A stretch of 64,000 nucleotides of DNA, taken from NCBI GenBank assembly GCA_020353515.1, contig CP070695.1:3257532-3321531 (forward strand), given 5' to 3'. Of the stretch, positions 57,715-64,000 are shown piece after piece (position 1 is the stretch's first letter; every line of letters starts with the position of its first letter). The position numbers were made by a program, and so were the translations under genes. The stretch comes from Candidatus Heimdallarchaeota archaeon. Its GTDB lineage: Archaea; Asgardarchaeota; Heimdallarchaeia; Hodarchaeales; Hodarchaeaceae. The notes below the pieces were generated by a model, which did not search any database, was not told where the DNA came from, and saw only the letters and a program-made list of their open reading frames with translations.

Positions 57715-58476
57715 TTATGACAAGAATTTGTGTATTTCGGTATTAACAACAAGAGGTTTCTCTTGAAACACATAATGTCCTGCTTCAGGAATTATACTAA
57801 GTTGAGAGTTCTTAATGTTTTCGTGTAAAAACGTTGAATACTTTACAGGTGTCATCTGATCGTCTTGACCCACAATGATCAGCGTTTGTTTGGTGATTTT
57901 GTGTAGATCTAAACGAATATCAAAAGAATCACAAATTTTAAAATCTTGAAGGATAATTGCTCCCCCATTCCTTCTTAGTGCCTTTTCATTCTCAAGTTTA
58001 ATCTGAGCTATGGTTTTTTCGTGAAACGCAAACCTTCCTAAGAGTTCTAAAAAACGATCAAAATCCGTTTCTATCGCATCAAAGAAAGTTGGAGCTACTT
58101 TTAATTTTGCACCTGTGCCAATCAAAATTAGTTTGTCTATTATTGATCCTGGATATTTTAAAGTGAATTGAAGTGCTATTGCTCCACCCATTGAATGACC
58201 AATTAAGACAACATTCTCTAAATTTTGATTGATTAGTATTTCGTAAACAGTTTCCACATAATTGTCCAAACTCAATGATACAGCGTGAGGGCTTTGCCCG
58301 TGACTAGGGAGACTAAGAGAGATTACTCCCCATCCGTACTGTTGAAAAAAAATCCTTTGTTTCTCCCATTGAGTTTTATCTCCACCAGCACCATGAATAA
58401 AAACAAGATTTGGAGTATCAGGTTTTGTTGGTTTGTAATAATTGAAATCACTTGAGGAAGGCATTTTTGCTTTCAA
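57715..58476 (-). CDS. Alpha/beta-hydrolase
   Basis: FIHGAGG, GHSMGG, DQMTP and AGH. Confidence 0.92.
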   Translation of the reverse strand: MKAKMPSSSDFNYYKPTKPDTPNLVFIHGAGGDKTQWEKQRIFFQQYGWGVISLSLPSHGQSPHAVSLSLDNYVETVYEILINQNLENVVLIGHSMGGAIALQFTLKYPGSIIDKLILIGTGAKLKVAPTFFDAIETDFDRFLELLGRFAFHEKTIAQIKLENEKALRRNGGAIILQDFKICDSFDIRLDLHKITKQTLIIVGQDDQMTPVKYSTFLHENIKNSQLSIIPEAGHYVFQEKPLVVNTEIHKFLS

Positions 58477-58489
58477 ACCATTTAATCAC

Positions 58490-59332
58490 TTAGACTTCTT
58501 TTTTATCTCTCCCTTTCCAAGGTGAGAAGTTCCATTTTGCAGGCCGCTTCTCTAGGAATGCTTTTAATCCTTCTTTTCCTTCATCAGAAGTCCTGAGTTC
58601 TGCAATTTGTGAAATACAATATTTTCGTAATTCTTGAAATTCTGTATCACGATTCCTTGCTAATAATTGTTTAATATTCGCCATTGCAGCAGGACTACTT
58701 GATAATATTTGATCCAGAAGATCTGCAACCTTCTGATCCAACTCAGACTCATCATTGGCAAGTTCGTGAATTAAACCAATACTATGAGCTTTGATGGCAT
58801 CAAAACGCTCACCACTCAGAAAAAATCGAGCAGCGTTTGAAAAACCGATCTTTGATATGACATATGGACTTATTACAGCAGGTAAAATTCCAAGATTGAC
58901 TTCTGAGAATGCCATTTTTGCAGTTTTTACTGAAACAACTATATCACATACTGATATTAACCCAATGCCACCTCCAAAAGCTGCACCATTAATTCGTCCA
59001 ATTACTGGCTTTGGAGTAAGGTAAATTGTATTGAATAGTAGTTCTAAACGATTAGCGTCGTCAAGATTCTCCTCATAGCTAAAATCTTTGCTTTTTTGCA
59101 TATATTTTATGTCGGCTCCTGCTGAAAATGATTTTCCTTTACCTGTTAGTAAAATAGCTCTAACTGTCGCATCATTACCTAAATATTTGAATATAGTGGT
59201 TAATTCCTCAATCATTAAGGGATTAAACGCGTTATGAACTTCTGGGCGGTTTAATGTTACAAATGCAGTATGACCGATGTCTTCTCTGAGAATTGTTTCA
59301 TATGATTTCAATGTAGGATCCTCCTTTTTCAA
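58490..59332 (-). CDS. Methylglutaconyl-CoA hydratase (crotonase family, LiuC-like)
   Basis: LNRPEVHNAFN, FSAGAD, GGGIGL and SEVNLGILPAVISPYV; sits within the carboxylase cluster. Confidence 0.85.
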   Translation of the reverse strand: MKKEDPTLKSYETILREDIGHTAFVTLNRPEVHNAFNPLMIEELTTIFKYLGNDATVRAILLTGKGKSFSAGADIKYMQKSKDFSYEENLDDANRLELLFNTIYLTPKPVIGRINGAAFGGGIGLISVCDIVVSVKTAKMAFSEVNLGILPAVISPYVISKIGFSNAARFFLSGERFDAIKAHSIGLIHELANDESELDQKVADLLDQILSSSPAAMANIKQLLARNRDTEFQELRKYCISQIAELRTSDEGKEGLKAFLEKRPAKWNFSPWKGRDKKEV

Positions 59333-59335
59333 TAA

Positions 59336-60955
59336 TTACATTCTAAAGACACCAAAGTTTGTATCAGGAATTGGTGCATTTAATGTTGCAGAAATACATA
59401 AAGCTAGCACAATTCTTGTGTCAGCAGGATCGATAATTCCATCATCCCATAATCGAGCTGTAGAATAGTAAGCTGATCCTTCTTGTTCATATTTCGCAAG
59501 AATGGGTTCCATGATCTTCTGTCGTTCTTCTTGGGAAAGATCCTTACCTTGGGCTTTATATTGGGCTTCTTTAACAGTTGCCAAGACATTTGCTGCCTGT
59601 TCACCACCCATAACTGATATTCGCGCATTAGGCCACATAAAGAGAAAACGTGGGGAATAAGCTCTACCTGCCATTCCATAGTTTCCTGCTCCAAAGCTGC
59701 CCCCAATAATAATTGTGATTTTTGGCACATGAGCATTACTTACGGCCATAACCATTTTTGCACCATCTTTTGCAATTCCTCCCGCCTCTGCATTACTACC
59801 CACCATGAACCCTGTGATGTTTTGAAGAAAAATTAATGGGATCTTTCTTTGAGAACAAAGATTAATGAAATGGGTTCCTTTTAACGCGCTTTCAGAGAAT
59901 AATACACCATTATTTGCAAGAATACCGACAGGATAACCCATAATTCGTGCAAAACCACAAACTAATGTTGTTCCATAAAGAGACTTAAATTCATGAAAGC
60001 TTGAACCATCAACGACACGGGTAATAATTTCATGAACATCATAAGCTATTTTGGGATCCTTTGGGAGAATTCCATAAATTTCATCTATTGGGTTCAAAGG
60101 ATCTTCAGGAGGACGAATATCAAGAATTGTCTTGGGTGGTAAATTAAGATGTTCAATTATATCACGAGTGAGACGGATAGCATGTTCATCATTTAAAGCA
60201 TAATGATCAGAGACTCCAGAAGTACGACAGTGAACGTCTGCTCCTCCCAAATCATTTGCTGATATTTCTTCTCCTGTAGCAGCTTTTACAAGAGGAGGGC
60301 CTCCTAAAAAGATCGTTCCAGTATCTTTTACTATAACTGTTTCATCAGACATTGCAGGTACATATGCACCACCAGCAGTACATGATCCCATCACAGCACT
60401 TATTTGTGGTATCTTTTTTGCTGACATTTGGGCTTGATTGTAGAAAATTCTACCGAAATGTTCTTTATCAGGGAAGACATCAGCCTGTAGAGGGAGAAAT
60501 GCACCACCAGAATCAACTAAATAAATACATGGTAATCGATTTTGTTCTGCTATTTCTTGAGCCCGTAAATGCTTTTTCACAGTCATAGGATGATAGGTTC
60601 CGCCTTTAATAGTCGCATCGTTCGCAATAAACATCATTTCACGACCCCCTACTAAACCAATACCAGTGACGATCCCAGCATAAGGACAGGCATTATCATA
60701 CATATTATACGCTGCGAGTGGACTTAATTCCATAAAAGGAGTGTCAGGATCAAGAATCATCTCAATTCGTTTTCGAGCAAGGATTTTTCCTCTTTGAAGA
60801 TGCTTCTCAATCGCCTTTGGGTTTCCTGCTTTTACCTCATCACGAATCTCACGAAGCTTTTGAAGCATTTTTTGATAATGCTCATAATTTTCTTTGAACT
60901 CCTTTGAATTAACATCAACTTTACTTTTTATTACTACCATGGGAGAACCATCCAT
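59336..60955 (-). CDS. 3-methylcrotonyl-CoA carboxylase carboxyltransferase (beta) subunit
   Basis: [37 protein letters not shown] and [15 protein letters not shown]. Confidence 0.93.
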   Translation of the reverse strand: MDGSPMVVIKSKVDVNSKEFKENYEHYQKMLQKLREIRDEVKAGNPKAIEKHLQRGKILARKRIEMILDPDTPFMELSPLAAYNMYDNACPYAGIVTGIGLVGGREMMFIANDATIKGGTYHPMTVKKHLRAQEIAEQNRLPCIYLVDSGGAFLPLQADVFPDKEHFGRIFYNQAQMSAKKIPQISAVMGSCTAGGAYVPAMSDETVIVKDTGTIFLGGPPLVKAATGEEISANDLGGADVHCRTSGVSDHYALNDEHAIRLTRDIIEHLNLPPKTILDIRPPEDPLNPIDEIYGILPKDPKIAYDVHEIITRVVDGSSFHEFKSLYGTTLVCGFARIMGYPVGILANNGVLFSESALKGTHFINLCSQRKIPLIFLQNITGFMVGSNAEAGGIAKDGAKMVMAVSNAHVPKITIIIGGSFGAGNYGMAGRAYSPRFLFMWPNARISVMGGEQAANVLATVKEAQYKAQGKDLSQEERQKIMEPILAKYEQEGSAYYSTARLWDDGIIDPADTRIVLALCISATLNAPIPDTNFGVFRM

Positions 60956-61121
60956 AGAGGAGCATTCGAAAAGAAAAAAGTGATTTACTATAAAGCGTTT
61001 CTGAAAGTTATATCTTTAATATTTCTTTCTAGTGAAATCAGTATTATTAAAACCAAAAGAAATTCTAAGGCTGTTACGGATTCACAAAAAAACTAAGGTT
61101 TTTTCCTTAACGTAATTGCTT

Positions 61122-61676
61122 TTAATCTTCAATCTCACCCTTATTTTCTTCTGAATTGCCGATATCTTCATCAATTTCGATTAGTGGAACATTGGCCTCA
61201 ATTTGATCCCCTTCAGGAAAAAAAACGGTCTTTACTATTCCATCAAAAGGTGAAGCAATCTTATTCTCCATCTTCATTGCTTCTATGATAATTAGATCTT
61301 GACCTTTTTTCACACGATCTCCAGGTTTAACCAATAATTTTACAATTCTACCTGGCATCGGACTAGATAAACTCCCTAGATCTTCTTCTGCTTCACCAAA
61401 TTCTTCCTCAGCTTCACCTACTCTTTTTATTTCGTAATCTTCGCCATCTAGATGAATGAATCTGATATCACCATCTTTTGCAACAGAACATTTGTAAATG
61501 ATATTTTCTAATGTAAACTGAAATTGACCCGTTCCAAGGATTTTTGCGCTGACTTGAAGTTCCTGTTCCTCTTTATCCTTCCTATTTATTACAATGACAT
61601 AGGAATCATCGTCATTCCGTCGGAGACGAACTTCAAATCGCTGTTTACCGTCATCAAAATTAAAAACTTCGCTCAT
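61122..61676 (-). CDS. Biotin carboxyl carrier protein with an N-terminal BT-like beta domain
   Basis: SPMPG and EAMKM biotinylation motif. Confidence 0.93.
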   Translation of the reverse strand: MSEVFNFDDGKQRFEVRLRRNDDDSYVIVINRKDKEEQELQVSAKILGTGQFQFTLENIIYKCSVAKDGDIRFIHLDGEDYEIKRVGEAEEEFGEAEEDLGSLSSPMPGRIVKLLVKPGDRVKKGQDLIIIEAMKMENKIASPFDGIVKTVFFPEGDQIEANVPLIEIDEDIGNSEENKGEIED

Positions 61677-61684
61677 GCTTGCTC

Positions 61685-63385
61685 CTACTTTTCATTCTCG
61701 TTAAGTTTCCATGAGCCTAGTCTTTTCCATGGAGAAAAAGGATCTGAATCAGGGAGGAATGAGGATCCAATATCTTTACCTTTAGCGGGAATAATCTTCT
61801 TGATAGCCTTCTTCCCTTTACCTAAGGTGCCAGTAATTTTGTCTGAGATGACATCAAGGCTTTCCCGACCCCATGTTCCCACTCTTCTCCAGATTACCGA
61901 TGTGTGCTGATCAATACCATTTAGAACTGAAGATGAATCAGCTGTATTATTCGTAGTCATGAAAGGTTCCATAACCTCAAAAAGGGCTGCTGCTAATAAG
62001 ACTTCATTTGGAGTTTCTTTAAGTTCTTTCCACTTGTAAAAATGAGCATCAATAAAATCTGTATGTGTATCACCAGAAAGAAAGTCGGGGTGATTGAGAA
62101 CCTCTTTTAAGAAGGGGATATTCGTCTTTACACCTTGAGCAGTGTAATTGCGTAACGCCCAACGCATTTTTTGAATTGCTTCTTCTCGATTTTCTGAGTG
62201 AACAATCAATTTTGCTATCATAGGGTCATAAAAAGTCGAAACTTCCCCTCCTGAAGTAGGAATCCCTAAATCAGTGCGGATGTTTACACCTACAGGAAAT
62301 TGCATCTGATGAATTTTCCCTGCAGTGGGCATAAACTGTTTTTCTGGATTTTCAGCATAAATCCTGAATTCTAATGAGTGACCCCTGCTCAAAACTTCCT
62401 CTTGTTTTAGTGTAATCTCTTGACCGGCAGCAATTTTAATCTGCCATTTCACAAGATCGATTCCTGTTGTAGCTTCAGTAATTGCGTGTTCCACTTGTAA
62501 TCGGGCATTAATTTCCATGAAGTAAAAGTTGTTTTCCTGATCAAGAATGAATTCCACAGAACCAGCATTGGTATAGTTTACTGCACGAGCAGCTGCAATC
62601 GCTACTTCTCCCATTCGCTTCCTCAAATCGTCATCTAACGCCATTGAAGGGGTCTCTTCAATGATTTTCTGATGACGCCTTTGGATTGAGCACTCCCGTT
62701 CATTTAAGTGAATAATATTCCCATAATGATCTCCTACTATTTGAAACTCGATATGCCGTATATGTTCAAAGTATTTTTCGAGAAATACATCCCCATTTCC
62801 GAAAGCAGCTTCAGCTTCTCGGCGTGCACTATCATACGAAGAAAAAAACTCTTCCTTGGTGTTGACAATTCGCATTCCCCGTCCCCCACCACCTGCAGTG
62901 GCTTTAATAAGTAGAGGAAAGCCAATCTCCTCAGCTTTTTTTAAGAGAAACTTCTTATTCCGAGATCCTCCATGATAGCCTGGAATCACCGGAATATTTG
63001 CCGCTTCCATTGTTGTTTTAGCTTGAATCTTATCGCCTACAGCATGAAGAGCGTGTGGGGTTGGGCCAATCCAAATTAATCCAGCATCAATTACTTTCTT
63101 GGCAAATTCGGCATTTTCCGACAAAAAACCATAACCAGGATGGATGGCTTCTGATCCACTCTCGAGAGCAATACTGATAATTTTTTTCATATTCAAGTAA
63201 CTTTCAGATGGCGTAGGATCTCCAAGTGGATAAGCAAAATCCGCTGCGTGAACCTGAACAGCATCCTCATCAACATCAGAATAGATAGCAACGGTTTCAA
63301 TTCCCATCTCTTGAGCTGAGCCAATAACTCGACTGGCAATCTCTCCTCTATTAGCGATGAGAATCCTTTTAAACATAAAAATCAC
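61685..63385 (-). CDS. Biotin carboxylase subunit
   Basis: LIANRGEIA, HPGYGFLSEN, GGGGRGMR, ERECSIQRRHQK and RLQVEH. Confidence 0.96.
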   Translation of the reverse strand: MIFMFKRILIANRGEIASRVIGSAQEMGIETVAIYSDVDEDAVQVHAADFAYPLGDPTPSESYLNMKKIISIALESGSEAIHPGYGFLSENAEFAKKVIDAGLIWIGPTPHALHAVGDKIQAKTTMEAANIPVIPGYHGGSRNKKFLLKKAEEIGFPLLIKATAGGGGRGMRIVNTKEEFFSSYDSARREAEAAFGNGDVFLEKYFEHIRHIEFQIVGDHYGNIIHLNERECSIQRRHQKIIEETPSMALDDDLRKRMGEVAIAAARAVNYTNAGSVEFILDQENNFYFMEINARLQVEHAITEATTGIDLVKWQIKIAAGQEITLKQEEVLSRGHSLEFRIYAENPEKQFMPTAGKIHQMQFPVGVNIRTDLGIPTSGGEVSTFYDPMIAKLIVHSENREEAIQKMRWALRNYTAQGVKTNIPFLKEVLNHPDFLSGDTHTDFIDAHFYKWKELKETPNEVLLAAALFEVMEPFMTTNNTADSSSVLNGIDQHTSVIWRRVGTWGRESLDVISDKITGTLGKGKKAIKKIIPAKGKDIGSSFLPDSDPFSPWKRLGSWKLNENEK

Positions 63386-63967
63386 AATGTTATTTTTCTG
63401 AGCTGAGGATTAGCCCTTTACTAATAGTCTACTGAGTTAGGACGGGAGGAAAATCATTCTGGGATCTCCACAAATGGGAGTTCCTTATATGCTCCTAAAA
63501 ATAACCATTCGTGAGGGATAAATAAAGGTTTGCTCATACATACGACCTATATGGGTTCAACCTGTAGTCATCATATGGGTGAAGAAATGAAATTACCCAT
63601 TCTCTATTCACAGAGTCAATTTGTTCACATTCAAGAATTTGAATTCGATGATGGAATTTTTGTTAAAAAGAGGTTAATCATGCTTAAAATTTTGAAAAAA
63701 ATCAAAAATCTATGATTTTGGATTGAAGCATAGAATACTTCATATACATTAATTCTCACTAGAAGCTTCAATATACATTTACTATTAATATACTTTGTAA
63801 TCTCCCTCAATTTCTGCAATAACATCGATTCTAGGTGTTAATTGCATAGTAGTAACAAACAAAGGGTGTGTAGTGATCATTAATCCTTTATGGATATGAA
63901 GTTACTAAGCAAAGTTCTGCAAAGTAAAAATATAATAAGGAGTCTGATCTAAAAGTAAGTGAACATC

Positions 63968-64000
63968 ATGGCACAGATAGAATTAGATCTTTTTCTGGTA
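63968..64000 (+). CDS. Probable start of a gene running off the window (MAQIELDLFLV...)
   Basis: ATG at 63968 is preceded by an AAGTGA SD-like sequence; frame open to the window end. Confidence 0.4.
   Translation, partial: MAQIELDLFLV

Noticed and set aside
1834-63825. Numerous 60-145 aa ORFs in the track that overlap larger genes (e.g. 3084-3559, 9316-9840, 25668-26042, 30537-30929, 51304-51741, 59404-59736, 61524-61910)
   Set aside because: They are antisense or alternate-frame shadows of well-supported genes and have no motifs.
1-64000. CRISPR arrays, IS elements, integrases, prophage genes, rRNA or tRNA
   Set aside because: No regularly spaced repeats, transposase/integrase motifs or RNA gene signatures were seen by eye; a tRNAscan/Infernal run would be needed to be certain.

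Overview
Gene-dense, AT-rich chromosomal window of about 60 genes from an archaeon, very probably an Asgard archaeon. A Heimdall/Hodarchaeal affinity is inferred from the gene repertoire, not from a search. The supporting genes are an archaeal/eukaryote-type TrpRS and IleRS, archaemetzincin, Lhr helicase with a metallophosphoesterase, two longin-like proteins, a Roadblock-like protein and a long Asgard-style TPR protein; AGGTGA/GAGGT ribosome-binding sites are also seen. Most of the content is housekeeping or catabolic: three aminoacyl-tRNA synthetases (trpS, ileS, a short alaS), nadE with an adjacent nitrilase, a leucine-degradation carboxylase cluster, a sugar/cyclitol catabolic cluster, and many hydrolases and oxidoreductases. 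I saw no rRNA, tRNA, CRISPR array, transposase or integrase. The best candidate for an undescribed system is 12870-15682. There, a signal-anchored protein carries two SagB/nitroreductase domains with complementary motif loss (one predicted FMN site), fused to a membrane domain with two H-x13-H pairs typical of diheme cytochrome b, and it lies directly downstream of a multi-Fe-S protein. This suggests a trans-membrane electron conduit to an extracytoplasmic flavoenzyme. Other notable items are a longin/receiver-like fusion, a CTL/SLC44-like membrane protein, a catalytically remodelled NadE paralog, a probable split glutamine-dependent NAD synthetase, and a GDT1 transporter with a Cys-rich loop. 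All family calls come from reading motifs by eye.
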